The notes under the pieces were generated by a model. That model saw nothing but the letters and a program-made list of their open reading frames with translations. It was not told where the DNA came from and ran no database searches. Shown here in pieces: positions 37,157 through 47,551 of a stretch of DNA of 64,000 bases (position 1 is the stretch's first letter; each line of letters starts with the position of its first letter). A program made the translations under genes and the position numbers. The DNA comes from Patescibacteria group bacterium (GTDB lineage: Bacteria; Patescibacteriota; Patescibacteriia; Veblenbacterales; UBA10138), in contig JBAZOT010000005.1 of NCBI GenBank assembly GCA_041648575.1, positions 17,161 to 81,160 of the forward strand, written 5' to 3'.

Positions 37157-37663
37157 TTACTTTGTTTTGGTTAATAAAAATTTTCTAGCGTTAGTTGATA
37201 AGTCAAAAAAATCATCAGCGGATTCGATTAATTTTCCCGAAGCGGTTTTACCAAAAGCCACCACCTCTACTCGTTGGCCAAGAAATTGTAGATAATTAAC
37301 TAATGGTACATAATCGCCGTCGCCAGTAACCAGTACTACTACATCTAGTTTAGGTGCCATAGAAACAGCATCGATAGCTAAACCCACATCCCAATCGCCT
37401 TTTTTTGCCCCACCCCAAAAAATTTGTAGATCTTTCATTTTTAATTCAAAACCTTGATTGTCTAGAGCTTCAAAAAATTTTGTTTCCTCGGGGGCTTCCG
37501 CGCGTATCACATAAGCAATTGCTCTAATTAATTTTCTGTTTCCCACAGCATGATCTAAAATAGCGCCAAAATTAATTTTGGTATTGTATAAATTACGACC
37601 GGAATAATACATATTTTGCACATCTACGAATACGCCCACTCGTTGGTCTTTATGTTGTCGCAT
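37157..37663 (-). CDS. NYN domain (LabA-like) protein
   Basis: 168-aa NYN/PIN-like pattern (VFVDVQN...LVTGDGDY) between rpsO and pnp. Confidence 0.7.
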   Translation of the reverse strand: MRQHKDQRVGVFVDVQNMYYSGRNLYNTKINFGAILDHAVGNRKLIRAIAYVIRAEAPEETKFFEALDNQGFELKMKDLQIFWGGAKKGDWDVGLAIDAVSMAPKLDVVVLVTGDGDYVPLVNYLQFLGQRVEVVAFGKTASGKLIESADDFFDLSTNARKFLLTKTK

Positions 37664-37665
37664 AA

Positions 37666-38019
37666 TTAATGAATTTTTGTATCGCCGCCTTCTTCAGCAA
37701 TAATTTTTTCTTCATCAATTTCTTCGGGCAGTTCTTGTGCTACATCTGATATTTTGATATTCAATTTTAATCTTTTTACCAATTTTTCAAAGATTTTTTC
37801 ATCCTCACGCTTTAAATATTTTAACAAACGACGACGCTGACCGATTTTTTTTAATAATCCACGCCGCGAAGAAAAATCCTTTTTATGAGTTTTAAGGTGA
37901 TCACTTAAACGGGCGATTTCTTCAGTTAAAATAGCAACCTGGACTTCCGTTGATCCGGTATCTTGTTCATGAGTCTTAAATTTTTTGATTATTTTATCTT
38001 TAGTTTGTTTGTCTAACAT
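37666..38019 (-). CDS. rpsO: 30S ribosomal protein S15 with an acidic C-terminal extension
   Basis: S15 core ([48 protein letters not shown]) plus about 28 extra C-terminal residues. Confidence 0.9.
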   Translation of the reverse strand: MLDKQTKDKIIKKFKTHEQDTGSTEVQVAILTEEIARLSDHLKTHKKDFSSRRGLLKKIGQRRRLLKYLKREDEKIFEKLVKRLKLNIKISDVAQELPEEIDEEKIIAEEGGDTKIH

Positions 38020-38187
38020 ATATTTTCCTAATGTCGCTTGCCTAGTAGGGGGGACAAATCCTCAGCTACCAAGTCAAACGGATAATTAATTAACGTTGTT
38101 AGATTAGCATAAGTCTGATTATTTATCAATAGGCGAAAGGGGTGATTGCTATTTTTCGATAAGTGTCGTAAAATATAATTACTTATT

Positions 38188-39141
38188 ATGCCTTATCTTC
38201 ACGACTACATTCACGATTTTTTAGAATATTTAGAAATTGAACGCGGCCGTAGTAAACTAACTGTTCGTAATTATGATTTTTATTTAACCAGATTTTTGGT
38301 TTGGTTAAAAACAAAATTTAATCATAAACCAAAACCAGAAGATATTACCTCGGATCAAGTGCGAAATTTTAGGTTGTGGCTTAATCGTTTTCACACCAAA
38401 AGCAATTTAGAACTGTCGTCTACCACTCAAAATTATCACTTAATAGCTTTACGATCTTTTTTAAAGTATTTGCGTAAACGTGATCTGGAATCATTAGCTC
38501 CGGAAAAAATTGAACTAGCCAAACAAAAAGAACGACAGGTGGAATTTTTAGAAGGTGCAGATTTGGAAAAATTATTGGAGGCACCATTTAAAACCAAGGA
38601 GACGGAAATCATTAAACTACGGGACAAAGCAATTTTAGAATTATTATTTTCTACTGGTATGAGAGTTTCAGAATTGGTTGGTTTAAAGCGTGAACAGATC
38701 AATTTAAATAAAGACGAATTGTCGATACGGGGAAAGGGAGGAAAGGTACGTTTGGTTTTTTTATCCAATGAGGCGCGTAATCATTTAAAAAAATATTTAG
38801 ACAAAAGAATAGATGTAGATGAAGCGTTGTTTATTGGCCACGATCGCGCAGCTCGGGGGCGGGAAAAAGATACCAAAGCTACACATCCGTTATCAGCCCG
38901 TAGCGTACAGCGAGCTATTGAGTATTATCGAAAAGTAGCCGGGCTTACCAGAAAAATTACGCCGCACACTTTACGCCACTCTTTTGCTACAGATTTACTT
39001 TCTTCAGGCGCTGACCTTCGCGCTGTGCAAACGCTTTTGGGTCATGCTAGCATTACTACTACGCAAGTTTATACTCATGTAACTGATAAGCAATTAAAAG
39101 ATGTATATAAAGCCTTTCATTCGCGTCGCCGGAAAAATTAA
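38188..39141 (+). CDS. tyrosine recombinase XerC/XerD family
   Basis: N-terminal SAM-like core-binding domain and catalytic R...HxxR...Y (HTLRHSFATDLLSSGADLRAVQTLLGHASITTTQVYTHV). Confidence 0.85.
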   Translation: MPYLHDYIHDFLEYLEIERGRSKLTVRNYDFYLTRFLVWLKTKFNHKPKPEDITSDQVRNFRLWLNRFHTKSNLELSSTTQNYHLIALRSFLKYLRKRDLESLAPEKIELAKQKERQVEFLEGADLEKLLEAPFKTKETEIIKLRDKAILELLFSTGMRVSELVGLKREQINLNKDELSIRGKGGKVRLVFLSNEARNHLKKYLDKRIDVDEALFIGHDRAARGREKDTKATHPLSARSVQRAIEYYRKVAGLTRKITPHTLRHSFATDLLSSGADLRAVQTLLGHASITTTQVYTHVTDKQLKDVYKAFHSRRRKN

Positions 39142-39323
39142 CCCTCCTTCATCCAATTGATATTGGGACTACGGCGGGCAGGACGAGGATTTAAGATATT
39201 TGGAAAAATATACAAGTTGTGGTGTGAGGTATTGGTGAATATCGATTTTCTTGACAGGTAGATTAAAATAAGGCATAAGTTATTTGAAGATTAAAAAATT
39301 AGAAGTTGTTACTTTTTGTTTTT

Positions 39324-39395
39324 GCCCCTGTAGTTCAATGGATAGAACCGCGGACTTCTAAGCCGCTGATAGAGGTTCAATTCCTCTCAGGGGCA
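39324..39395 (+). tRNA. tRNA-Arg (anticodon UCU), CCA not encoded
   Basis: Acceptor GCCCCTG/CAGGGGC, anticodon loop CTTCTAA, T-loop TTCAATT. There is one A:G mismatch at the base of the anticodon stem. Confidence 0.75.
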
Positions 39396-39422
39396 GGAAT
39401 AAAAAGTAAGGAATAATAAAAT

Positions 39423-40310
39423 ATGATAATTAGTTTGGAACGAATTTTAACCAGCGATGGCTTGTGGTTAGACGGTTTATTTTTTAAACCACAGACAAAA
39501 ACAAACAAAGCTATTATTTGGGTTCACGGATTGCTTGGTAATTTTTACGGCGGTGGTGAGAGAGTTAGAATTTTGGGTAAAATTTGCACTGAGAATAATT
39601 TTTCTTTTGTTTCTTTTAATACGCGCGGAGCTGGTGTAATGTCTAGATTTTCTAAACAGACATCAGCTAATATTAAACATAAAAACAGGAAGACCATTGG
39701 TGGTGGATTGGAAAATTTTAAAGAGAGTATTTGGGATATTGAAGCTATGATTAAATTTTTACAGCGGCGAGGGTTTAAAAAAATTTATTTAGTTGGCCAT
39801 AGCACTGGCGCTAATAAAGTTTTGTATTATATGTATAAACGGTGTGATCGGTATGTAGCTGGAATTAGTTTGGTTGGTCCAATGAATGATTTTGCTGGTA
39901 AAAAACAAGAGCTAGGCAGTCGTTATAATTCGATTATTAAAAAAGTAAAAGTTTTAGCTAAAAAGAATCCCCATAAACTTTTACCTTATTTATTAAGCCC
40001 AGTACCCACGACCGCTGCCCGCTACCTAAGTTTGTACACCCCGGGCACACCAGAGGATGTTTTTCCGTATTATAATAAAAAGGCTAAATTTAAAGAATTG
40101 GCCAGTGTTCGAGCGCCTATTTTGGTATTAATAGGAGAACGGGACGAATATTTAGATAGGAGTCCGCAAAACTTTGTAAATATTTTTAAATCCAAGGCAG
40201 TCAAAACTAAAAAATTCGTTGGTCAAATTATTAAAAGTGCTGACCATGGATTTTATAATAAAGAGAAAAATTTAGCCGAGGCTATAGTTAATTGGATTAA
40301 AAAAATATGA
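39423..40310 (+). CDS. alpha/beta hydrolase fold protein
   Basis: GHSTGAN nucleophile elbow and an HG oxyanion motif (WVHGLLGN). Confidence 0.6.
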   Translation: MIISLERILTSDGLWLDGLFFKPQTKTNKAIIWVHGLLGNFYGGGERVRILGKICTENNFSFVSFNTRGAGVMSRFSKQTSANIKHKNRKTIGGGLENFKESIWDIEAMIKFLQRRGFKKIYLVGHSTGANKVLYYMYKRCDRYVAGISLVGPMNDFAGKKQELGSRYNSIIKKVKVLAKKNPHKLLPYLLSPVPTTAARYLSLYTPGTPEDVFPYYNKKAKFKELASVRAPILVLIGERDEYLDRSPQNFVNIFKSKAVKTKKFVGQIIKSADHGFYNKEKNLAEAIVNWIKKI

Positions 40311-40654
40311 AATATTTAGTATTAGCTGTAATTTTTGTAGGAGAGTTTCTGTTTATTTTTTTGGAAATATATTTTGCCAATAAATTTAAAGACAGCGGAA
40401 CAACAGCAGAAGTGTTTAAGTATTTACTATTGGCCATACCTTTCGCTGTAGTTTTTTCATTATTAATATTGTGGGGTTATATTTATGGCTATAGAGTATT
40501 CGAAAAAATTTGGGTAATAACTATAATTTCTTGGTCATCAATATTAATAATTGAGCCGACTTTAAATTATTTAATTTTTAAAGAAGTGCCAGCGGGCAAT
40601 ACTTTGATTGCTGGCGGCTTGGCAGTGGCAGCTATAATTATTTCTATTTTATGA
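40307..40654 (+). CDS. hypothetical membrane protein
   Basis: 115 aa with four transmembrane helices. It is translationally coupled on both sides by 4-bp overlaps. Confidence 0.35.
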   Translation: MKYLVLAVIFVGEFLFIFLEIYFANKFKDSGTTAEVFKYLLLAIPFAVVFSLLILWGYIYGYRVFEKIWVITIISWSSILIIEPTLNYLIFKEVPAGNTLIAGGLAVAAIIISIL

Positions 40655-40980
40655 AATTAAAATCTATCAATTTGCAAGTTAGTTGCAGTTCTTTAAAACA
40701 GGCAAAAATAATTGGTGACGCTTCGCTAAAACAAAGATTAGTTGCTTGTTATGAAGTGTATCCTAATATTAAAACAAAATATTTTTGGCCACCTAGAAAA
40801 AATAAAGTACAAAGTGATAACAGATCAACTTTAATACTTGTCACTCTACCCCAGTTTGTAAACAAGTTGCAAAAACTGATAAAATCAAAGCACTCAGATC
40901 AAGTTCCATTTATTGGTTTAATAGAAGTCATTAGTGTTAATCCGGCATATTACCGTTGGCTAAAACAAGAATTAAAATAA
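40651..40980 (+). CDS. CutA1-like divalent-cation tolerance protein
   Basis: About 109 aa with a CutA-like pattern (LVACYEV...; C-terminal ...VPFIGLIEVISVNPAYYRWL). Confidence 0.45.
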   Translation: MKLKSINLQVSCSSLKQAKIIGDASLKQRLVACYEVYPNIKTKYFWPPRKNKVQSDNRSTLILVTLPQFVNKLQKLIKSKHSDQVPFIGLIEVISVNPAYYRWLKQELK

Positions 40981-41003
40981 TAATAATTTAAGGAGGTAAA
41001 AAT

Positions 41004-42278
41004 ATGGCAAAAAGCAAGACTATAAAAACTGTTAAGCAGGCTAAAATTATTAAAGTTAAGGTAAAGAGAGCGCCGGTTATAAATAAGTTACAACAACAAG
41101 TAAAGAAAAATATAACTAGGATTGAGCCTCAAGTAGTAAAACAGCCAGCAGTTGTAGCAATGTCAAAAAATAAACCCAAATTATCTCATGTTACATTCTG
41201 GCAATATGTCACTTGGTTTTCAGGTTTGTTAGTAGTGATTATGTTGATCGGCACAATTATAGTAGTAAACAGGCCGGGTACCAAGGCTATTGGCATTAAT
41301 AATTTTAATCCATTAATTAATCAGACTAATCAGCAGGAACAAATACTGCCCAGTGCTTTTGTTTCCAGTTTAACCGGTGAAGGCGTGACTCAAGAAGTTG
41401 CCGAGCGCAGACCTCTGGCTGTAATGATTGAAAATTTTTATACAGTAAGACCGCAATCTGGATTGTCATTTGCCGATCTAGTATGGGAAGCGCCAACCGA
41501 GGGTGGCGTGACCAGATTTTTAGCAGTATTTCAAAAAGGATTGCCTTCTAGAATCGGACCAGTGCGCAGCGCGCGTTCGTATTTTATTGACTGGGCACGC
41601 GAATTAGAAGCTTTTTATGCTCATAGCGGTGGGTCGGACGACGCTTTAGATGAGCTAGCTAGGGGTGTTGAAAATTTACAAGATGTTAATGAGTTTTCAA
41701 ATGAGCAAGCATTTTGGCGCGACGACAGAGAAGCGAGGCCGCATAATTTATACACAGCAGCTGAATCATTTTACACTTATGCTGAAAATAGAAACTGGCG
41801 TACAATCAACGACCCTAGTCCTTGGCAATTTGTAAATTCAGATAATTTAACTAGTGTGCCACGGTTGATAATGGAACAGGCTAAGGAAATTTTGGTTCCT
41901 TATTTTCCGTTAGAATACGACGTGTTATGGAAATATCAAGTAGGCGACGGTGTTTATGAGCGATGGATGGATAACAAACCACATCAAGACAGAATTACTG
42001 GTGGAACACTGCAAGCTAAAAATGTTATTGTCATGTTCACTGATGTAGTACCAATTCCTCGCGATCCAAGATTAAGAGTTAATATTACCACTGTAGGCAG
42101 CGGGACAGCTTATTTATTTGTTAACGGCGTAGTTTATAAAGGTTTATGGCAAAAGAAAAGTTTAGAAAGTAGAACTGAATTTGTTGATGCTGGAGGAAAT
42201 TTTTTGCCTTTAAATCCTGGTGTTACTTGGATTTCGGTAGTGGATAAATCGTTAGAGCAGGAGCTTGAATATAAATAA
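41004..42278 (+). CDS. DUF3048 domain-containing membrane-anchored protein
   Basis: N-terminal transmembrane helix, then RPLAVMIENFYTVRPQSGLSFADLVWEAPTEGGVTRFLAVFQ, characteristic of DUF3048 (YerB-like). Confidence 0.55.
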   Translation: MAKSKTIKTVKQAKIIKVKVKRAPVINKLQQQVKKNITRIEPQVVKQPAVVAMSKNKPKLSHVTFWQYVTWFSGLLVVIMLIGTIIVVNRPGTKAIGINNFNPLINQTNQQEQILPSAFVSSLTGEGVTQEVAERRPLAVMIENFYTVRPQSGLSFADLVWEAPTEGGVTRFLAVFQKGLPSRIGPVRSARSYFIDWARELEAFYAHSGGSDDALDELARGVENLQDVNEFSNEQAFWRDDREARPHNLYTAAESFYTYAENRNWRTINDPSPWQFVNSDNLTSVPRLIMEQAKEILVPYFPLEYDVLWKYQVGDGVYERWMDNKPHQDRITGGTLQAKNVIVMFTDVVPIPRDPRLRVNITTVGSGTAYLFVNGVVYKGLWQKKSLESRTEFVDAGGNFLPLNPGVTWISVVDKSLEQELEYK

Positions 42279-42344
42279 TTTTTGTGTTAATATCATTTAG
42301 CTATAAATAGGAAAGGTTTTCTATTTATAATTTATAGTGGCTAT

Positions 42345-42419
42345 GGTGGGTGTAGCTCAATGGTAGAGCACCGCTCTGTGGCAGCGGCTACGAGGGTTCG
42401 ATTCCCTTCATCCACCCCA
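42345..42419 (+). tRNA. tRNA-His (anticodon GUG) with encoded G-1 and CCA
   Basis: Extra 5' G pairing with discriminator C73, acceptor GTGGGTG/CATCCAC, anticodon loop CTGTGGC, T-loop TTCGATT. Confidence 0.85.
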
Positions 42420-42550
42420 CCAAAATCACTCAGTGTTTACTGGGTGATTTTGTTATGCCCTAATGGGACATCAAAACTTTTTACTAAAATAAAAAAGGAG
42501 GTACCCGACATATGTCGAATACCTCCGTGTTACTTTTTGTAAACGAGCCT

Positions 42551-43750
42551 TTAATCCAGTTCCCCGACTTGATTTCTTTCCATAAATAAACGGAATTTGT
42601 CATAGTCTGGACCTTCTACTTTTTCGTCCCACGAGTAGGCCAGTGCTGCCATACACTTAACCTCAAGGAGGGCTCCTGTCGTACTACTACCAGAGATAGC
42701 GTTGCCATCTCCTTCTTTGACTGATACCGCCTTGGCACCTGATAGGTACGGGCTGTCGACGCTACCGTCCATCATTGGGCTACCCAATACCACAGGATAG
42801 TGGCGCTGATATAACTCCCACAAACAATTGATGTGGGTTCTCTCTGCTTCAATGATGCCTTCATCACGGACGTTGCCTGCGCCATAGGTAATCATTAGCA
42901 TGGCGCTACAAGTTGGATCATCAGCATCGTGAAGGATTGATTCCGATGGGGTAGCCGGGCTAATTTTTACAACCTTTATACCCTCTCGAAAGTGTGGCTG
43001 GTAGATCAAGCGTGATGAGGTCGCGATTGGGTTACGACGTGGTGCACGCGGGTAGAGCACGAGGTGATCATCATAGTGCCCGACTTGGTCCTTTTCAGGG
43101 CAGGAAAATGCCTGACGACGTTTGTCTTTGACCTTATGGATCTTACTACCGTCCATAAGCTCATCGTTGAACATCAACAATGGACCACTCAAATCGCTCG
43201 CCGCAGCCGTAATGGCAAAATACAGATTGTTGGTAGCGTCATCGCCAAGCTCAACCATTGGGATCTGTGCTCCAGTACCTACGATTGGTTTGCCGATGTT
43301 GGGGAACATGAAGCGCGTAGCTGCCAACATATGGGCCATGGTATCAGTACCGCCGCAAACGACAAAGCCAGTCGCAAAATCGTGAAGTAGACGTATAGCG
43401 TTGCCAATACTGACCCAGTGGACCCAACGACCATTCGTTGAGTCAATAGCTTTGCTGTATACAGGCACCCAAACAACCTGCACCTGGTTAGCGAGGCCTT
43501 TAACTGAGAGTGGTTCGAGCAGCCGCTCGGCATCGTCGGTCGGACCATAGACCTTCTTGTTGAAATCCTCTTTCAGCCTGACCATGCCGATAGTGCCACC
43601 GTAGTAGAGAATAAACACCACGGGGACATTCTTCTTAAGTTGGGCAATATGATCAAGGACCTGGCTGGGAAGTTCTTCCGTACTGGAGTATGGAATAACT
43701 GCGGCAGCCTGCTTCTGATGTCTCTCATTTTTTGAATAAGTGTTGTTCAT
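42551..43750 (-). CDS. L-asparaginase/glutaminase family protein (GC-rich, likely horizontally acquired)
   Basis: Asparaginase motifs YYGGTIGM (TGGTIAG-like) and CGGTDTMAH (HGTDTM). The gene is about 50% GC against about 33% background. Confidence 0.7.
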   Translation of the reverse strand: MNNTYSKNERHQKQAAAVIPYSSTEELPSQVLDHIAQLKKNVPVVFILYYGGTIGMVRLKEDFNKKVYGPTDDAERLLEPLSVKGLANQVQVVWVPVYSKAIDSTNGRWVHWVSIGNAIRLLHDFATGFVVCGGTDTMAHMLAATRFMFPNIGKPIVGTGAQIPMVELGDDATNNLYFAITAAASDLSGPLLMFNDELMDGSKIHKVKDKRRQAFSCPEKDQVGHYDDHLVLYPRAPRRNPIATSSRLIYQPHFREGIKVVKISPATPSESILHDADDPTCSAMLMITYGAGNVRDEGIIEAERTHINCLWELYQRHYPVVLGSPMMDGSVDSPYLSGAKAVSVKEGDGNAISGSSTTGALLEVKCMAALAYSWDEKVEGPDYDKFRLFMERNQVGELD

Positions 43751-44149
43751 TGGTAACCTTCTTTCTGAAATTGTTGTATGGTTTGTGGTTTACACTTGAA
43801 CGCCAAAAGACGGCCAAATGTGAACCACAAACATTTGTTAAAGAACAAGAAATAGTAGCTTATTTTAGTAATCTTGTCAAGTCTAAAACTTGGTCATTTT
43901 TAGCCTAAAGGCGTTTGTGAATAAAGATAGCTCATTAAGAACTTGGTGCCAATCCACTGTTCTGAAACTGGCCACCAATCCACCCCATCAAGAAGTCTCT
44001 CGTTCAAACGAGGGATTTTTTGTTTAAGTTAGCAAAGAACTACGGTTTGCAACTTTTGAACCAAAACACACTACCCCTAATGGGATGGAAAACTTTGTAA
44101 TAAAAACAGGAGTAGACGACTTATGTCTACTCACAGAATCAAAATAATA

Positions 44150-44983
44150 CTAGTCCACTCTACGAATATTAATCTTAGTAGAAAATGTATGTTGGGGCTT
44201 TATCAGTTCGGGATCATTTATTAGCCCACCAGCATCCCTCATAACTGGTTCTATACAAATGAAATTCTTACCTGGCTGCGTCCACACCCAAATTCTTTTA
44301 TATTCTTGTGAAACATCTAGAGCTAAGGTACCAAGCTTAGGTATCATTACCCGCAATACAACACTTGGGTCCTTTAATTTAGGATTGTCTATCTTGGCTG
44401 TTTGTCCTTGAGACCATGATGAAAAACTATTTTCTACTACTTCACCACCGGGAAAATCAAAACGGATATTCTTTTTTTCATTATCTGGTACTGGAAAATA
44501 TGGATGCAGGCCTTCTGAAACTGGCATATCTTTATCATGCTCCAAATTTGTTGTCTCCCTTAATAAAGTCATAGAACCATCTTCTTCAAGGATGGCCTTA
44601 GTGCGAGATAAAAAATTGAAAGGGTAAACCTCCTTAGTTGCTTCGTCCGATGATAATTCTTCAATAAACTCATTAGCAGGACTATCTTTAACTATCCAAT
44701 TTTCAGAATTACGAGCAAATCCATGCTGCCGCAAAAGGAATGGCCCTTCCTTCAAGGGTCCTGCGTTCGGAAAAAGTATCGGTATTCCACCTTTAACATT
44801 AACTTCACTATCATTAAAAGTATTTAGATCAAAATATAAAACCTCCTCTCCTTTTAATTTTAGGGAAGTAATGATTCCTCCCCTTTGGGGAGAGAATGAA
44901 ACCTCATTATTATTTGGACCAATTCTTTTTTCGATTGGAAATCTAAATAATTCATTTTTACTTAGCCGTTCAAATTCTTCCAT
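44150..44983 (-). CDS. aldose 1-epimerase family protein (hexose-6-phosphate mutarotase-like)
   Basis: GGIPILFPNAGP motif and an overall YeaD-like pattern. Confidence 0.65.
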   Translation of the reverse strand: MEEFERLSKNELFRFPIEKRIGPNNNEVSFSPQRGGIITSLKLKGEEVLYFDLNTFNDSEVNVKGGIPILFPNAGPLKEGPFLLRQHGFARNSENWIVKDSPANEFIEELSSDEATKEVYPFNFLSRTKAILEEDGSMTLLRETTNLEHDKDMPVSEGLHPYFPVPDNEKKNIRFDFPGGEVVENSFSSWSQGQTAKIDNPKLKDPSVVLRVMIPKLGTLALDVSQEYKRIWVWTQPGKNFICIEPVMRDAGGLINDPELIKPQHTFSTKINIRRVD

Positions 44984-45166
44984 AAATTATATGCATAGTA
45001 CTTATTAACTGAGCTTATTATACCTTTTTAATTGAGCAATCTCAAATGAATTTATACGTTCGGATTTACTATATTAGTTTTCCATCTCCTCTCGTTCAGC
45101 TATCCTAAAGATAGGAAGATGAGGATCGGTTTCCACTTAGTTCCGTTTTTTTGATATCATTAAGTT

Positions 45167-46150
45167 ATGGAGAAAGTTTATAGTAGTAAATCAGAAGCAA
45201 TTTTGGCTCGGGATTACATAGAGCAAAGATTAAAAGAGATTACTAATTTGGAAGTTAAACTAGACAAAAAACTGAGTGATTTTATCTTTGACACTATAAT
45301 GTCAAAGAAGTTTAGGAAATATTCTATAAACCCACTGGCCAACGATAAGGCTCGTAATGCAATTGAAATAAATATAAAAAACAATGAGCCAATTAAATTG
45401 GCAATTCCTTTTGGTACTTATAAATTATGGAGGTTAGGGGAAAGTCCAGAGCCTGATTGGGCAGAATTATTTGTTATGATTTATTATACTTACTGGTTGA
45501 GGCCAATTACTTGCGTTTACCAGCCAGGGGTTTGGTTTGATTTTTGTGGAGATGATGCGATATTAGAAATGATGAACAATATTCCAGAAGTAGATACTGA
45601 AAAGTACAAGTTAACTTTTAGATCCATAATTAAATTCATTCAACCTTATTTGCCAAGTAATTTTAAGTTCACTCTTAGTCCAGTAGGTGAAAGGTATAGT
45701 TCAAAAGACGAATTCCTGGCGGACTTAACGGGCAAAATAGAAGACTTAGAGAAAAAGGGTGTAGACCCATTAACTGAAAGACAAATTGAAATGATGAGAT
45801 TTAATATTAGACCCAAAGACGGTGTAGAAATAGATTTTCAAAAAAATCATCTGATTCATGATGCATATATGAATGTGAGTAAAAGAAGGCCCTACCACAA
45901 AGCCCTTGATAAGATTCTTGTTTCAGCAACTCCTTTTGGTGACAGGACTAGTCTGCCGGTAGGTACGACTAAAACCTCTGTGGTTAAATTTCAGACAGGA
46001 GCAGGGGTGTTGATTAAAAGAGGAGATAGTTTCATTGAAAGTGTACATTCGCCGTCACAATTAGAAGTGTGTAAATTTGACTGGGCAGAAGTTTCGATTG
46101 ATGGTTTGGTTGGAAAAAATTTCAAAATGATTAGAGTTGTATCTGAATAA
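45167..46150 (+). CDS. hypothetical protein
   Basis: 327-aa ORF with no motif I can assign. Confidence 0.4.
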   Translation: MEKVYSSKSEAILARDYIEQRLKEITNLEVKLDKKLSDFIFDTIMSKKFRKYSINPLANDKARNAIEINIKNNEPIKLAIPFGTYKLWRLGESPEPDWAELFVMIYYTYWLRPITCVYQPGVWFDFCGDDAILEMMNNIPEVDTEKYKLTFRSIIKFIQPYLPSNFKFTLSPVGERYSSKDEFLADLTGKIEDLEKKGVDPLTERQIEMMRFNIRPKDGVEIDFQKNHLIHDAYMNVSKRRPYHKALDKILVSATPFGDRTSLPVGTTKTSVVKFQTGAGVLIKRGDSFIESVHSPSQLEVCKFDWAEVSIDGLVGKNFKMIRVVSE

Positions 46151-46388
46151 TTGTGTTTACATTCTTCGTTATACGACCCCGCTAGGAAGTCGCTCGCCTG
46201 AACGAGAGATTTTGCATTATTAAAATCAAGAGATTATAATTTAATTACTGAAGTTTTTAAGTATTAATTAAACTATTTATGGAAAAAGCTAAATTATTTT
46301 ATTTTAGTGTATTAAGTTCTTTTGCCACATTTGTTTATGTGATATTGGTGGCTTGGATTATGATCAATGGTGATAAATATTTGGTCAG

Positions 46389-46613
46389 ATGAACACTTTA
46401 TTAGGCCCAGTGGCTTTTTTATTGTTATTTGTAGTGTCGGCAACTATTGTTGGGTTATTAGTTTTGGGCAAGCCAGTAACATTATTTTTGGAAGGTTTTA
46501 AAAAAGAGGCAGTAAGATTATTGTTTTATACAGTAATTTGTTTAATTGTAATTACAGCTTTAGCGTTAGTAGCCATGATGATAGTTAATACTGTGGCAAT
46601 TAAAAATATATGA
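46389..46613 (+). CDS. small hypothetical membrane protein
   Basis: 74 aa with two transmembrane helices, overlapping the downstream protease gene by 4 nt. Confidence 0.3.
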   Translation: MNTLLGPVAFLLLFVVSATIVGLLVLGKPVTLFLEGFKKEAVRLLFYTVICLIVITALALVAMMIVNTVAIKNI

Positions 46614-47551
46614 AAAAGTTTAATTTATTAATCATTTTGTTAGTTATAACTGGTCTAAATGTAGCAGCTTGGGTTGGCTTTACTAGTATTTATCAACATA
46701 AATTTAATCAGGACATTAATCAGTTAAAAAATGAACTGGTTCAGTTACAGCAAAAAGTTGCTGGTTATGATTTAGAACAGCAAAAATTAGTTCAGGCTAC
46801 CCAAGAAGCAGCTAACAGGGAAGCAGTTAAGCAAAGGTCTCAAGACGAATTATTACAGGCAGCTGTGGCTAAAGTAACGCCAGCAGTGGTTTCTATAGTA
46901 ATTTCTAAAGATGTGCCCAAGTTGGAAATTGTTTATGAAAATCCGTTTGGCAATGATCCGTTTTTCAAGGATTTTAATTTTCAAGTGCCCGTTTACCGAC
47001 AAAAAGGAACACTGCATGAAAAAGTCGGTGCCGGGACTGGATTCTTAGTTACTAAAGACGGTTACATTATTACTAATAAGCATGTAGTTGCTGATACAGC
47101 GGCGGATTATACTGTATTGTTGTCTGATGGTAGTCAAAAACCCGCACAGGTTATTTATAAAGATTCAGTGCATGATTTGGCTGTAGTCAAAATTGAAGGT
47201 AGTGGATTTACGACAGTAGAATTAGGTAATTCTGATAGTTTGAATTTGGGGCAAACTGTGTTTGCGGTTGGTAATGCTTTGGGTGAATATAGTAATTCAG
47301 TATCAGTGGGGATTATTTCAGGCTTAGACAGAACCATTCAAGCTTCAGGTTCAGCTGGAGTTGATCAGTTGAAGGGTGTGATTCAAACTGATGCAGCAAT
47401 TAATCCGGGAAATTCTGGCGGGCCACTTTTAAATTTAGACGGCAAGGCTGTTGGTGTGAATGTAGCTACAGTGGTGGGATCAAATAATATTAGTTTTTCT
47501 ATACCAATTAAACTGGTTAAGGAAATTATCAACTCGGTAATTAATAAATAA
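46610..47551 (+). CDS. trypsin-like serine protease (S1C/HtrA-like, no PDZ)
   Basis: Membrane anchor plus coiled coil, then the catalytic triad context (TNKHVV, D, and TDAAINPGNSGGPLLN). Confidence 0.75.
   Translation: MKKFNLLIILLVITGLNVAAWVGFTSIYQHKFNQDINQLKNELVQLQQKVAGYDLEQQKLVQATQEAANREAVKQRSQDELLQAAVAKVTPAVVSIVISKDVPKLEIVYENPFGNDPFFKDFNFQVPVYRQKGTLHEKVGAGTGFLVTKDGYIITNKHVVADTAADYTVLLSDGSQKPAQVIYKDSVHDLAVVKIEGSGFTTVELGNSDSLNLGQTVFAVGNALGEYSNSVSVGIISGLDRTIQASGSAGVDQLKGVIQTDAAINPGNSGGPLLNLDGKAVGVNVATVVGSNNISFSIPIKLVKEIINSVINK

Noticed and set aside
38188-39395. An integrase next to tRNA-Arg(UCU), as a possible genomic island.
   Set aside because: The recombinase has the full XerC/XerD-type architecture and sits beside housekeeping rpsO. 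The downstream genes show no compositional shift and no direct repeat of the tRNA 3' end was found. It is most likely the chromosomal dif recombinase.
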